Shown here in pieces: positions 26,274 through 36,514 of a stretch of DNA of 64,000 nt. Positions within the stretch are counted from its first letter, which is position 1. Each line of letters opens with the position of its first letter. The position numbers and the translations under genes are program-made. This DNA comes from an uncultured Candidatus Micrarchaeota archaeon (lineage in GTDB: Archaea > Micrarchaeota > Micrarchaeia > Burarchaeales > Fermentimicrarchaeaceae), in NCBI GenBank assembly GCA_963760615.1, contig CAVXDX010000004.1, positions 1 through 64,000 of the forward strand, read 5' to 3'. The notes under the pieces are model-generated. The model made no database searches and was not told the DNA's origin. It saw nothing but the letters and a program-made list of their open reading frames with translations.

Positions 26274-26369
26274 TCTGTTCACCGGGCAAAGAGTAATGAG
26301 AAATGAATTTAAATACCCTCTGTCCTAAATGTAACAAATAAGACAATAAATGCACCAAATGGGACATAT

Positions 26370-26996
26370 ATGAAATCCATTGCAAAGCAGGTTGCGAGGC
26401 TGCTTGACGCAGACCCCTACATAAAGCAGTCGCTGAAGCTCGGAGTTGCAAACTACTCGGCAATAGCCAAGAAGCTCAGAAGGGAGCACCTCCAGAAAGC
26501 CAGTCTTGAGGCGGTGAAGGCGGCAGTGAGAAGATACTCCCTAGAAGAGGAGTCGTTTGACTACATAAAGGATCTGAAGGAAGTCCTGCATGGGACTCGA
26601 ATAGTCCTGAAAAGCGATATATGTGTGCTGCTGCTCTACCCGGACACTCATCTTGACTTGGATAAAATAACCAAGAAGATAGGGAAGGACTTCTCCATAG
26701 TGCGCTCAATCAATGCAATAACAATGATAACTGGGCAGGAACATCTGGAACCGCTGCTGAAGCTAGTGGGAAGGCAGAACATCGTAAAATTCCTCAAGAA
26801 CCACTTCACACTCACCCTGCAGAGCCCTGAGGGAATTGAGACTGCGCCGGGCTTTGTGGCATTCTTCTCAGAGATACTGGCAAGGAATGGAATAAACATA
26901 CGGGAGTATTACTCCTGCTACACAGACACTGTTTTTGTGCTTGCCAAGAAGGATGCTCTCAAGGCTTACTCACTTTTTGACAGAGTGCTTGGATGA
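26370..26996 (+). CDS. ACT-domain protein with N-terminal helical domain, divergent from argG
   Basis: 'IKQSLKLGVANYSAIA' N-domain. C-terminal ACT 'PGFVAFFSEILARNGINI.E..SCYTDT.FV'. Confidence 0.75.
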   Translation: MKSIAKQVARLLDADPYIKQSLKLGVANYSAIAKKLRREHLQKASLEAVKAAVRRYSLEEESFDYIKDLKEVLHGTRIVLKSDICVLLLYPDTHLDLDKITKKIGKDFSIVRSINAITMITGQEHLEPLLKLVGRQNIVKFLKNHFTLTLQSPEGIETAPGFVAFFSEILARNGINIREYYSCYTDTVFVLAKKDALKAYSLFDRVLG

Positions 26997-27044
26997 CATC
27001 CCATTTAGAGAAGGCATATTAACCTCAGATGAGCAAAAATAAAT

Positions 27045-28190
27045 ATGCACGCAGAAGTCTCTGGAAAGGAAGGGCTGAGGGAAAAACTAGTACCTTATGG
27101 CCCTAGTGCAACTGACAGAAAAATCATTGATAAGTTGGGAGAATATAGAGCTGAACTGTTCACTGCAATGCTGAAATTTGTAAACCCAGAAGCCAAAGAG
27201 CTGAATCTCCTCTACTTTTCATGTGGTAGCGATGTTGCGCACCCGTGGGTCGCCACAAAATTCACCACGGCAACCTTCATTGATAAGCGACCAATGGCAA
27301 CTGAAATAGTCGGACAAATAAAAGGAATCAATGGAGACCATATAACAACTTCCCCTTCTGGGAATAAGAAAGAAATAGAATTTGAACTGGAAGGCAAAGT
27401 GAGAAAAATAACCTCAATCAGAGCTCACATTACTGATGACACTATTAATAAACTTCCAATAGAAAAGGGCGGATATGACGTTTACTTCGAGAAAGCATCA
27501 GAGAGCTTATCCGGGGTTAAAGTAATGGCGGCACCTATAAGATGGTTGAAAATTGGAGGCCATTACATATCTGATTCAGAATTTCCGGATTACCTGCTTC
27601 CCCTTCTGGGTCTTGAGGAAATAAAACTCGATAAAAAATTTTATAATTACACTATAGATTCTTTTAATATGCATCTCTACCATAAAACAGAGGATAAACC
27701 CATGCTTGAAGAAATATTACATTTCAATGAGCTCTTCTCCAATGTTGCTGAAATAAGAAATGGCGCTTTTCATGGAATAAGCGAAAAAGAGCAAGAATAC
27801 AGAGTCCCAATAAAGGGGACGATACGCGTAATAAAAACAATACCTTTTGAATACTCTCTGAAGGTTTATGAAGAAAAGCTATCTGAATTGAAGCAGGTTT
27901 TCGATTCTCTCCCAGAAACTTCAAAGAAGTTGCTTGAACCAATTATAATTAACACTCTATACAAATCAGCTGGCGATATGCCCAAAGTTCTCAATTCCCC
28001 AGAAAATTTAGAAAGTCAGTTGGAGAGGTTTAGAGCGAGGAGAAATCTAACACCAGAGACAGAGGAAAGGTATACGAAAAAAATCAAAGAAGCGCGGGAA
28101 TCCCCAGACAGGCCTACAGCGGAACAACTGGAGAAATTTATAGAAGAAGGAAAAAAAGTCTTCAAGGAAGTCTTCCCGGACTGGGTTTAA
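27045..28190 (+). CDS. Hypothetical protein with a possible Rossmann/SAM-binding-like N-terminal motif
   Basis: Long ORF with coding-like composition. 'LLYFSCGSD' followed by 'TFID' resembles methyltransferase motifs I and II. Confidence 0.45.
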   Translation: MHAEVSGKEGLREKLVPYGPSATDRKIIDKLGEYRAELFTAMLKFVNPEAKELNLLYFSCGSDVAHPWVATKFTTATFIDKRPMATEIVGQIKGINGDHITTSPSGNKKEIEFELEGKVRKITSIRAHITDDTINKLPIEKGGYDVYFEKASESLSGVKVMAAPIRWLKIGGHYISDSEFPDYLLPLLGLEEIKLDKKFYNYTIDSFNMHLYHKTEDKPMLEEILHFNELFSNVAEIRNGAFHGISEKEQEYRVPIKGTIRVIKTIPFEYSLKVYEEKLSELKQVFDSLPETSKKLLEPIIINTLYKSAGDMPKVLNSPENLESQLERFRARRNLTPETEERYTKKIKEARESPDRPTAEQLEKFIEEGKKVFKEVFPDWV

Positions 28191-28633
28191 GCAGCTCCCT
28201 TCTCAGGCTTCTTTTTCTTGTCATCAGTAGTTTTCTTTTCCTCAGGGTTCTCAACCCTCACCAGGGGCAGCTGCATTGGAGGGCTGAGCCTCACTGGTTG
28301 CACAACAAATGTGCCATTCACACCGCACGTGTAATTCACAGTGTTGAGCACGAGCTCCGCAAACTCCTCAGGAAGCTTCTTCGACTTCTTCCACATATCC
28401 TCAATTTCCTTTGCCTTGTTCTTATCCTCGCTGGCAAAGAGCACTCCGGTCATCTTGAGATGCCCTATCTTGTCCTCATAGTCAGCAGCAAAAGTATATT
28501 GGACAGTGACAGCATCCCCCTTCACAGCAACATCATCAATTCCTATGTTTATGCTCAGCCCGTTAACAGTTCCTTCTTTTTCTCTCTTGGCTTCCACATA
28601 GACAATCTTTCCACCAGTTATCATTTCTCTCAC
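28187..28633 (-). CDS. Conserved archaeal hypothetical protein (beta-rich)
   Basis: Alternating hydrophobic strands ('LSINIGIDDV', 'VQYTFAADY', 'LKMTGVL') and 'PPMQLP'. Sits in an operon-like arrangement with its neighbour. Confidence 0.6.
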   Translation of the reverse strand: MREMITGGKIVYVEAKREKEGTVNGLSINIGIDDVAVKGDAVTVQYTFAADYEDKIGHLKMTGVLFASEDKNKAKEIEDMWKKSKKLPEEFAELVLNTVNYTCGVNGTFVVQPVRLSPPMQLPLVRVENPEEKKTTDDKKKKPEKGAA

Positions 28634-28634
28634 C

Positions 28635-29309
28635 TCATATTTCTATTCTGTCCCCGACTTTCATGATTATTGGTTTGACCTTGCTGCTCTCAACCTCCCT
28701 AGTAAACTCGCTCAAGTTCTGCCTCACCTTTTCAAATGTGTTATAATGAATAGGTATAATATACCTGCAGTTCAGCTCCTTGGATGCCTTGTAGGCAGAG
28801 TAAGTATCCATTGTATAAGTACCCCCAACAGGCAGGAGGGCGTAATCCGCCTTTATGTCAAACATCTCGCCGAACTCGTATGTGTCGCCAGCGTGGTATA
28901 TGCTCTTCCCCCCCTTCTTTATGATGTAACCCACTGGACAGACAGACTGCGGGTGGACTGCCTTGACAACCTTCACCTCAACTCCCTTGACTACAAACTC
29001 GTCCCCAGCAACTGCCTCCATCTTATTGCCGCTTGGAATGCTGAGCTCCCTCAGCACGCAGTTGGGCGCAATCACAAGCGCGCCAGTCTTCCCCACAATC
29101 TTCTCTACAGTCTCCTTCTCGAAGTGGTCGGCATGCTCGTGTGTTATGAATATCAAATCTGCTCTGTCAACCTCCTCAGCCTTCAGAGGAGACTTAATGT
29201 CACGGTGCATCCTCTTCCCGGTGTTGTCAAGAAACAGGTCTATGTAGATGAGCGTGCCCCCAAGCTCTATCTCAAACCCAGAATGCCCCAGGTACCATAT
29301 GGAACCCAT
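28635..29309 (-). CDS. MBL-fold metal-dependent hydrolase (UPF0173-like)
   Basis: 'WYLGHSGF', 'ITHEHADH', 'YHAGDT', 'LPVGG.YTM' and 'IPIHYNTF'. Confidence 0.88.
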   Translation of the reverse strand: MGSIWYLGHSGFEIELGGTLIYIDLFLDNTGKRMHRDIKSPLKAEEVDRADLIFITHEHADHFEKETVEKIVGKTGALVIAPNCVLRELSIPSGNKMEAVAGDEFVVKGVEVKVVKAVHPQSVCPVGYIIKKGGKSIYHAGDTYEFGEMFDIKADYALLPVGGTYTMDTYSAYKASKELNCRYIIPIHYNTFEKVRQNLSEFTREVESSKVKPIIMKVGDRIEI

Positions 29310-29370
29310 TCTCTCCCCAATGGTATAACTCATCTCTAAAATTTAAATATACCTACTGTATAACCCTCTT

Positions 29371-30147
29371 ATGCGAAAATTATGCATTCTGCTGGCATTG
29401 GCCCTCCTCATGCCCCTTCTCGGGGCTACCTTCTCTGATGTCTCGCTTGTCGTGACTGTGAAAATCAACCTGAATGGTTCTGCCCATGTCTCCGAGAAGG
29501 TGACGCTCTCCCTGGACCCAACCTCACAGGACGTGTACAACAGCAGCATCTTCTCAAGACAACTCACCATAATGGACTGGCAGCAGATAACCAACAGCCA
29601 GTACCTGCGCCAGCACATCATCACAAGCGTTGCTGCAAGGAATCTGAGAATCGTGCCTGAGGATGTGCGACCCTATACATACGGAAGCCTCTCAACGGCA
29701 GATATAAAGCTTGACTACGATATTGACGGGTTTGTCACCATAAACCAAACAGGCCCAAGGACTCTGCTCTATACGCTCGACAGCTCCGCGCTTTCATTCC
29801 AGCCCTCCCCAAGCGGGCAGGTGCTCCCCAGGAATAACGAGCTCACCATAATCATACCACCCGACTCCATAGTGACAGGCATCTCGCCAGACCCCACGGA
29901 GCCAACTATACAGAAGGATTACTTAGACCAGGTGAGAGGAGTGAGCAATTTCAGCTGGAGTGGAACAGTTCCCATAAACGAGTTCCAGTTCGCCTTCACA
30001 AGAGAAGAGCCAATGGATGTTGAGGTTAGGAATTTCTTCCAGAATCTGGAAGGCATTGCGATAGGCATCCTGCTCTCAGCGCCTGGAATTGTGTTGACAT
30101 TGCTCGTAGTCCTTGCAGTGGTTTTTCTGTTTCTCATCAAGAGGTAG
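29371..30147 (+). CDS. Secreted, C-terminally membrane-anchored hypothetical protein
   Basis: Signal peptide 'MRKLCILLALALL', beta-rich body, and a C-terminal TM helix ending in 'KR'. Confidence 0.7.
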   Translation: MRKLCILLALALLMPLLGATFSDVSLVVTVKINLNGSAHVSEKVTLSLDPTSQDVYNSSIFSRQLTIMDWQQITNSQYLRQHIITSVAARNLRIVPEDVRPYTYGSLSTADIKLDYDIDGFVTINQTGPRTLLYTLDSSALSFQPSPSGQVLPRNNELTIIIPPDSIVTGISPDPTEPTIQKDYLDQVRGVSNFSWSGTVPINEFQFAFTREEPMDVEVRNFFQNLEGIAIGILLSAPGIVLTLLVVLAVVFLFLIKR

Positions 30148-30150
30148 CAT

Positions 30151-31593
30151 ATGCTCCATCAATACGAGAAGCTCGTTCTGCATTCGCTAAAAGGAGGTAG
30201 CAAAACTCTTGAGGAGCTTGCCCGCGATACAAATCTCAACAAGGATTCTGCCAGCAGGGCGTGCTACTGGCTGAAAGAGAAGGGCGCAGTGGAAATTCAT
30301 GAGGACATAACCCGCAGCTACGAACTTGGAAAGGAGGGCAAAAGATTTCTTGAGTCCGGCTTTCCCGAATTCAACCTAGTAAAGAAGCTGAAAAACGGGA
30401 AGAGTCTTGCCGAGCTGAGTGAAGAGGAAAGGAAGATAGGCTTGCCTTGGGCTAAGAGGAATGGCTGGGTCGACATGACGCGCAGTGGTGCAATACTCAG
30501 CAGCGATGGGGAGAAGGTTCTCGGGGAAGGTCATCAAGAGCAGAAGTTGCTAGAAAGAATTTCAAGAGGCGAAACTCATGGCAATGAGCAAATGATAAAG
30601 CTTCTGCTGGGCCGGGGGGATGTGCTGAGGAGCATTGAGAGCAAACAACTTTCATTCTCTCTCACAAAAGCAGGAGAGAAACTTGCAGCCGAAGCAGGCA
30701 CTGAAAAGGACGTCAATGTCCTGACAAAGGAGGACCTCACAACGGGAAAGTGGAAGGAGCTCAGGTTGAGGGAGTACAACATTGATTCCCCAGTCGAGAG
30801 ACTCTTCCCAGGAAAGAAGCATCCTTTGAGAAAAGTTATAGAGAGAATAAGGAAGATATTCATAGAGCTTGGCTTTGAGGAGATGGAGGACAGGCTTGTG
30901 GAATCCTCTTTCTGGAATTTCGATGCACTCTTCCAGCCTCAGGATCATCCGGCGAGGGATTTGGCGGATACATTCTACCTTTACTCTCCTGAAACAATCC
31001 CTCTTCCAAAGGATGAAGTTGTGGAGAGGGTGAAGAAAACACATGAGGAGAACTGGAAGTATAAATGGGACAGGCGAGTTTCGGAGCAGGCTGTGCTTAG
31101 AACCCATGATACGTCCATATCACCACAGTACATGCTGAAAGTCAGAAAAGGGGAGAGGAAGGCGCCAGCAAAATTCTTCACTGTTGGAAGAGTCTACAGG
31201 AATGAGGCAACGGATTTCAAGCACCTGAGCGAGTTCTATCAAGTTGGAGGGATAATTTTGTATGAGGATGCTACATTCCGAGATTTGCTTGGCCTGCTGA
31301 AGGAGTTCTACAGGAGGCTCGGGTTTGAGAAGGTGAGGTTCTCCCCAAGCTACTTCCCCTACACAGAGCCGAGCCTTGAGGTTGAAGTTTACTATGGGAA
31401 AAGGAAGCAGTGGCTGGAGCTTGGCGGTGCAGGCGTATTCAGGCCGGAAGTGTGCCTGCCAACATGGGGCAAGTATCCTGTGCTGGCATGGGGTCTGAGT
31501 TTGGAAAGGCCCACAATGCTCATGATGGGCTTGAATGACATAAGACAGTTCTACAGGAATGATGTTTCCTGGCTGAGGGAAGCGAGGGTGTGA
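30151..31593 (+). CDS. pheS: Phenylalanine-tRNA ligase alpha subunit (archaeal type)
   Basis: 'FWNFDALFQPQDHPARD..DTF', 'LRTHDT', 'YRNEA.D..HLSEFYQ' and 'PSYFPYTEPS'. Confidence 0.97.
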   Translation: MLHQYEKLVLHSLKGGSKTLEELARDTNLNKDSASRACYWLKEKGAVEIHEDITRSYELGKEGKRFLESGFPEFNLVKKLKNGKSLAELSEEERKIGLPWAKRNGWVDMTRSGAILSSDGEKVLGEGHQEQKLLERISRGETHGNEQMIKLLLGRGDVLRSIESKQLSFSLTKAGEKLAAEAGTEKDVNVLTKEDLTTGKWKELRLREYNIDSPVERLFPGKKHPLRKVIERIRKIFIELGFEEMEDRLVESSFWNFDALFQPQDHPARDLADTFYLYSPETIPLPKDEVVERVKKTHEENWKYKWDRRVSEQAVLRTHDTSISPQYMLKVRKGERKAPAKFFTVGRVYRNEATDFKHLSEFYQVGGIILYEDATFRDLLGLLKEFYRRLGFEKVRFSPSYFPYTEPSLEVEVYYGKRKQWLELGGAGVFRPEVCLPTWGKYPVLAWGLSLERPTMLMMGLNDIRQFYRNDVSWLREARV

Positions 31594-33206
31594 GTTTGGC
31601 ATCAGTTTCTTTCTCAAAAGATGAACTGGAAGCTCTTCTCAGTAGAAAAATAAAGATGGATGAGCTTGAAAGCACCCTCCACTCCATGGGGATGCCTGTT
31701 GAGAACATTGAGGCAGGTGTTATCTCAGTAGATGTAACTCCAAACAGGCCAGACCTGCTCAGCATTGAGGGAGTTGCCAGAGCGCTCTCAGCATTCACCG
31801 GAGGGAAGGCAAAGCACTACAGCGCAAAAGATTCTGGAATTAAGCTGCATATTGACGACTCCGTTCTTCCTATAAGGCCTTTCATCGTTGGAGCGCTTGT
31901 TAAGGGCGTAAAGCTTGACGAGCGCTCTATTGAATCGCTCATGCAGCTTCAGGAGAAACTCCATGAAACATACGGGCGGAAAAGGAGGAAAGTATCCATA
32001 GGAGTCCACAACTTCGATGCCGTGCAGCCTCCTTTCTACTACAAAGCGGTTGAGCCGGAGAGCTGCTCATTTGCCCCTCTGGATATGGAGAAGAAGATTA
32101 CGCTCTCAGAGATACTCGAGTTGCACCCCAAGGGAGTAGAGTATAGCGTTATACTGGAGGGATGCAAGAAGTATCCATTACTCGTGGATAGCAGAAATCA
32201 GGTCCTCTCATTCCCGCCAATAATAAATGGAGAGCTCACAAGGGTGAGTGAGAGAACGAGTAACATTTTCATAGATGTCACTGGAACAGATGCCAATGCA
32301 GTGATGGATGCGCTGAGAATAACTGCCTTGGCCCTTGTTGACAGGGGAGGGGCGCTCTTCACGGTTGAAGTGGTGGGAAGGAAGAAGCTCCAAACACCTG
32401 ATTTGGAATGCCGATTGATGGAGCTGCCTGTGGAGCAGATAGATAAGATGCTCGGCGTGGATTTCACCGAGGCGCAGCTGCTTAAGCTTCTTGCAAGAAT
32501 GGGCTATGCTGCTGTAGGCAGGAAGGTTGAACTTCCCTGCTACAGGGTTGACGTGATGGGCTGGGTGGATTTAGCCGAGGATGTTGCAATTGCGTATGGC
32601 TACAACAACTTTGAGCCGTCTCTGCCCAACTTCTTCAGCATGGGGCGGGAGAAGCCCTCCGAGGTTGCCGAGGGAAAAATCAGAGAGCTCATGGTTGGGC
32701 TGGATTTCCTGGAGGTTATCTGCCAGAACCTGACCAATGAGCAGGAGTGCTTTGGGAAGATGCTTCTGAAGGAGAAGCCGCATGTGAGGATAAAGAACCC
32801 CAAGGTTGAGGAGTTCACAATGCTGAGAACATGGCTTACCCCCTCTTTGCTCAGGGTTATTTCAGAGAGCAGGCAGGCAGAGCTGCCCATAAAGATATTC
32901 GAGATCGGGGATGCGGTCTCGTTGGATGGCAACCATGTTGAAGAATCCAGGCATGTCGCATGTGCCCTGTACGACTCGAAAGCAACATTCAGTGAAATCA
33001 AATCTGTGGCAGAAGCTCTGCTGAGGGAGATGGGCTGGGGCGTTGAAATAAAGGCTGTGGAGCACCCCGCTTTCATAAAAGGAAGAGTTGTGGAGCTTGT
33101 TCATGGAAAAAAGAGAATTGGCATCCTTGGGGAGATACACCCCCAGGTGCTGAGAAACTTCCAACTTGAGCAGCCAGTGGCCCTGCTTGAAACGGAAGTC
33201 ATCTGA
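31590..33206 (+). CDS. pheT: Phenylalanine-tRNA ligase beta subunit
   Basis: 'VTPNRPDLLS.EG.ARAL', 'QEKLH...GR.R', 'PPIIN', 'DLAEDVAIAYG' and 'GEIHPQVL'. Confidence 0.97.
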   Translation: MSLASVSFSKDELEALLSRKIKMDELESTLHSMGMPVENIEAGVISVDVTPNRPDLLSIEGVARALSAFTGGKAKHYSAKDSGIKLHIDDSVLPIRPFIVGALVKGVKLDERSIESLMQLQEKLHETYGRKRRKVSIGVHNFDAVQPPFYYKAVEPESCSFAPLDMEKKITLSEILELHPKGVEYSVILEGCKKYPLLVDSRNQVLSFPPIINGELTRVSERTSNIFIDVTGTDANAVMDALRITALALVDRGGALFTVEVVGRKKLQTPDLECRLMELPVEQIDKMLGVDFTEAQLLKLLARMGYAAVGRKVELPCYRVDVMGWVDLAEDVAIAYGYNNFEPSLPNFFSMGREKPSEVAEGKIRELMVGLDFLEVICQNLTNEQECFGKMLLKEKPHVRIKNPKVEEFTMLRTWLTPSLLRVISESRQAELPIKIFEIGDAVSLDGNHVEESRHVACALYDSKATFSEIKSVAEALLREMGWGVEIKAVEHPAFIKGRVVELVHGKKRIGILGEIHPQVLRNFQLEQPVALLETEVI

Positions 33207-33732
33207 GGTATAGATAGATTTTATCCTTGGCATCCTTCTTCTTCAACTTCCACCCAGGGAAGGTGAATTTATACGAGACCACCCTTGTGCCGTGCCTCAG
33301 CTCCCTCTCAAGCTTGTCTTTGAGCTTTATGTTTGTCGGCTGGAGCAGAAACAGGGTCACTATGTCTGCGTCATTCAGGTTCACATTAAAAAAACTGTTT
33401 AGGATGAATTTTGCCCTACTGCCGACTCCTTGAAGCATTGCATGAAAAACGCTGAGGAGAAACAGCAGCGGGTTTATCTCAACTCCAACACTGCTAGCGC
33501 CAAACTCCTTTGCAGCCATAATGGCAATCCTTCCATCCCCACTCCCAAGGTCATAAACCTTGCTTTTCCCATCAGCGCCAGCCATCTCAAGCATTTTTCT
33601 GACAACCTGCTTGTCTGTAGGAGTCCACGGGGCACCCAAAAAATAAGTTACGAAGAAGAGAATCATTGCAATCATGAAAGCAATCGGAATCAGGAGCAGA
33701 ATGAGAAACAGAATGAGGAATAAATCTTGCAT
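33199..33732 (-). CDS. Membrane-anchored class I SAM-dependent methyltransferase
   Basis: N-terminal TM helix, 'APWTPT', 'VYDLGSGDGRI', 'GVEINP' and 'RVVSY.F'. ATG 33732 is preferred because the longer ORF overlaps rfcL. Confidence 0.85.
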   Translation of the reverse strand: MQDLFLILFLILLLIPIAFMIAMILFFVTYFLGAPWTPTDKQVVRKMLEMAGADGKSKVYDLGSGDGRIAIMAAKEFGASSVGVEINPLLFLLSVFHAMLQGVGSRAKFILNSFFNVNLNDADIVTLFLLQPTNIKLKDKLERELRHGTRVVSYKFTFPGWKLKKKDAKDKIYLYLR

Positions 33733-33736
33733 CCGC

Positions 33737-34963
33737 TCACCTTCCCCTTTTTCTGGGTGTGGCCTTCTCAGCCTTCTTTCCAACGATGTACTCCATCTCC
33801 TCATCCTCAAACTCAAAATAATCCTGCACCTTTTCAATATTGCTGCTCTCCTTAGAGAAAAGCTTGATGAGCGGTAGGTAAAGTTCAACAGCATCCTTTG
33901 AAGAAACATGGCATCTTCTGCCTATCTTACGACCAATCTCGCGGTTCATGGCCCTCTCCCCCCTGCTCCTCCCGAGAGCGCTTATTATCCTCGGGAACTG
34001 GTATTTCACAAATTTATGGTATGGCTCCTCCTTCGCAAGTGCAACTCCTGCAGTTGCCAAGTCGTTTGAATAGCGCATGAACCCCCAGTACTGGCGCCTT
34101 ATTATCCTGCCCTCAAAAACATCTGCCCTCGAGAGCCTCTCGAATGCCCTCTCAATATCCTCGGGCTTCTCGTACTCCAGCGGGATGTTCTCCTCAATCC
34201 ACTTTACAAACATGTCCCTGTCGTCAACACCTCGCATAACATCCCTTGCCTCCTCATAGCTGGTGGCTTTCAGAACTGCCCTCACAGAGTCGAATATGCC
34301 TTTCTCCCTGTCCCTGTATCCTATGATACTAGCAGCACCAACTCCGCCTTCGCCAAGAGCCTGCAAATCGTTTATAGCAGACCTCAAATCACCGGCGCTG
34401 TTGTTTGCAATGCTTGTCAAAGTTTCATCCGGAACCTTAAGCCCCTCCTTCTCGGCAATTTTTCTCAGCAGAGAAGCAATAGTTCTGGAGTTGACCTTCC
34501 TCATTGGCTGCATATTGCAGTAGCTTCTCAGCGTGGCTAGGGACGGCTTCCAAACATCGTTTGCTGTGAGTATGACAGGCTGTGCGGGATTCTTCAGCAG
34601 CTCAATAATAGCCTTGCTTCCCCCCCTATCTGCCCTCTGCAAGCCGTCAACTTCGTCAATTAGAACAAGCCTCCTGCCGCCAAACAGCGTGTTTGAGGCT
34701 GATGCCTCCCCAACAATTCTTCTCACGCTCTCCTCATCCCTTAAATTGCTCGCGTTCATCTCTACAACAGGCCAGCACATGGAGCCCGCCAGAGCATACA
34801 CCAGCGTGCTCTTGCCAACTCCCGGAGAGCCGCTGAGCAGTATGGGCTTCCCTGCCTTGTTCCTATCCCAATCCATCGCCCATCTCTTCACCTCCTCAAC
34901 AACATCACCATTTCCTACGAACTGCTCGAGGTTCTTTGGGCGGTATTTGTCACTCCAGAGCAT
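33737..34963 (-). CDS. rfcL: Replication factor C large subunit
   Basis: 'WSDKYRP', 'GSPGVGKS', 'EMNAS', 'LIDEVD' and 'GDLRSAINDL'. Confidence 0.95.
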   Translation of the reverse strand: MLWSDKYRPKNLEQFVGNGDVVEEVKRWAMDWDRNKAGKPILLSGSPGVGKSTLVYALAGSMCWPVVEMNASNLRDEESVRRIVGEASASNTLFGGRRLVLIDEVDGLQRADRGGSKAIIELLKNPAQPVILTANDVWKPSLATLRSYCNMQPMRKVNSRTIASLLRKIAEKEGLKVPDETLTSIANNSAGDLRSAINDLQALGEGGVGAASIIGYRDREKGIFDSVRAVLKATSYEEARDVMRGVDDRDMFVKWIEENIPLEYEKPEDIERAFERLSRADVFEGRIIRRQYWGFMRYSNDLATAGVALAKEEPYHKFVKYQFPRIISALGRSRGERAMNREIGRKIGRRCHVSSKDAVELYLPLIKLFSKESSNIEKVQDYFEFEDEEMEYIVGKKAEKATPRKRGR

Positions 34964-34998
34964 AATATACTTAAGTCTGAATGATATTAAATTCGTAT

Positions 34999-36168
34999 AT
35001 GCTCATAGGAGTTGTTGGAAAAACCAATACGGGCAAGTCAACTTTCTTCGCAGCTGCAACGCTAGTGGATGCAAAGATAGCGCCGTTTCCATTCACTACA
35101 ATAGAACCAAACCTGGGGAAGGCATACGTGAGAGCCCCCTGCCCCTGCAAGGAGCTTGGGGTGAAATGCGCACCCAGGAACTCCCTCTGCGAGAATGGCA
35201 CAAGACTCATACCCATAGACCTCATAGACGTTGCAGGACTGGTGCCCGATGCGCACCTTGGAAAAGGGCTTGGTTTGAAGTTTCTGGATGACCTGCGCGC
35301 TGCAGACGCGCTGATACAGGTGGTGGATGTTTCCGGCACAACAGACTCCGAGGGCAACCCCACAGACTTCTACGACCCGGCGAATGAGATACTCTTCCTT
35401 GAAGAGGAGATGAGCCACTGGATAGCCGGCATAATAAAGAGGAGCTGGAGCAAGATAAAGGGAAAAAATGTAGACTCAGTTTCTGGTTTACTCTCAGGCT
35501 TGAAGATGAGTGAGGAGGATGTAAAGAAAGCAGCAGCCCGGCTCTTCCTTCCAACAGAGGAAATCAACTGGGGTGAGGGGGATATACTGGCTTTCTCAAG
35601 AGAGGTGAGGAAGGTTTCGAAGCCAATTGTCATTGCCGCAAACAAAATAGACATTCCCTCGGGGGAGAAGAACTATGAAAGCCTGAGGGAGAAATTCAAG
35701 GACAGGATAATCGTTCCTACATGCGCCGAGGCAGAGCTCGCCCTAAGAAAGGCAGACAGGCAGGGGAGCATACACTACGTGCCAGGCGACAGTGGTTTCA
35801 AAATCATTTCAAGCATGCCAGAGAAGCAGCTATCCGCACTGAACTTCATAAAGGAGAAAGTTCTGGAGAAATACGGTGGCACTGGAGTGCAGGAGCTCAT
35901 CAACAGGGCAGCTTTTGACCTGCTGAACCTCATAGCCGTGTATCCTGTGGAAGACGAGGGCAAGTACGCGGACCACTTCGGAAATGCTCTGCCGGATGCA
36001 ATACTCCTGAAGAAAGGCTCAACTGCCTTGGACTTGGCTGCGAAGATACACACTGATTTGGCGCAGGGCTTCATATGCGGTGTGAATGCAAGGACGAAGA
36101 TGAAGGTTGGGAAGGAGTATGTGCTGAAGAACGGGGATGTGCTCAAAATCATCTCTTCTACCAGATAG
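34999..36168 (+). CDS. ychF: YchF/Ola1-like Obg-family translation-associated GTPase
   Basis: 'GKTNTGKST', 'PFTTIEPN', 'DVAGLV..AH.G.GLG..FL' and a C-terminal TGS domain. Confidence 0.92.
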   Translation: MLIGVVGKTNTGKSTFFAAATLVDAKIAPFPFTTIEPNLGKAYVRAPCPCKELGVKCAPRNSLCENGTRLIPIDLIDVAGLVPDAHLGKGLGLKFLDDLRAADALIQVVDVSGTTDSEGNPTDFYDPANEILFLEEEMSHWIAGIIKRSWSKIKGKNVDSVSGLLSGLKMSEEDVKKAAARLFLPTEEINWGEGDILAFSREVRKVSKPIVIAANKIDIPSGEKNYESLREKFKDRIIVPTCAEAELALRKADRQGSIHYVPGDSGFKIISSMPEKQLSALNFIKEKVLEKYGGTGVQELINRAAFDLLNLIAVYPVEDEGKYADHFGNALPDAILLKKGSTALDLAAKIHTDLAQGFICGVNARTKMKVGKEYVLKNGDVLKIISSTR

Positions 36169-36210
36169 GTTTAAATAAGCTGTTTTACAACTCTTTACAG
36201 AGGTGGTATT

Positions 36211-36513
36211 ATGCCAGAAAAGGATACCAAACAGGCGAATGACACGGGTCTTGTCTATGTGCTGATATATTTCTTCACATGGCTGACCGGGATAATCTTC
36301 TTCGTTATTGAGAAGGATAACAAAAAGGTTAGGTTCCACGCGCTCCAGGCGATATTCCTGGGAATCATCATGGTGGTGCTCAGCTTCACGCTCATACTGG
36401 GCATTGTGAGTGTGCTGCTGTGGATATACGGTCTGTATATCGGCTTCAAGCAATACCAGGGAGAAACAGTCAGAGTCCCATACCTGGCCGAATACGCGGA
36501 CAAATACGTCTGA
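36211..36513 (+). CDS. Small membrane protein (DUF4870-like)
   Basis: 'LIYFF..LTGII...EK.NK.VRFHALQA' and 'GE..RVPYL'. Confidence 0.75.
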   Translation: MPEKDTKQANDTGLVYVLIYFFTWLTGIIFFVIEKDNKKVRFHALQAIFLGIIMVVLSFTLILGIVSVLLWIYGLYIGFKQYQGETVRVPYLAEYADKYV

Positions 36514-36514
36514 T

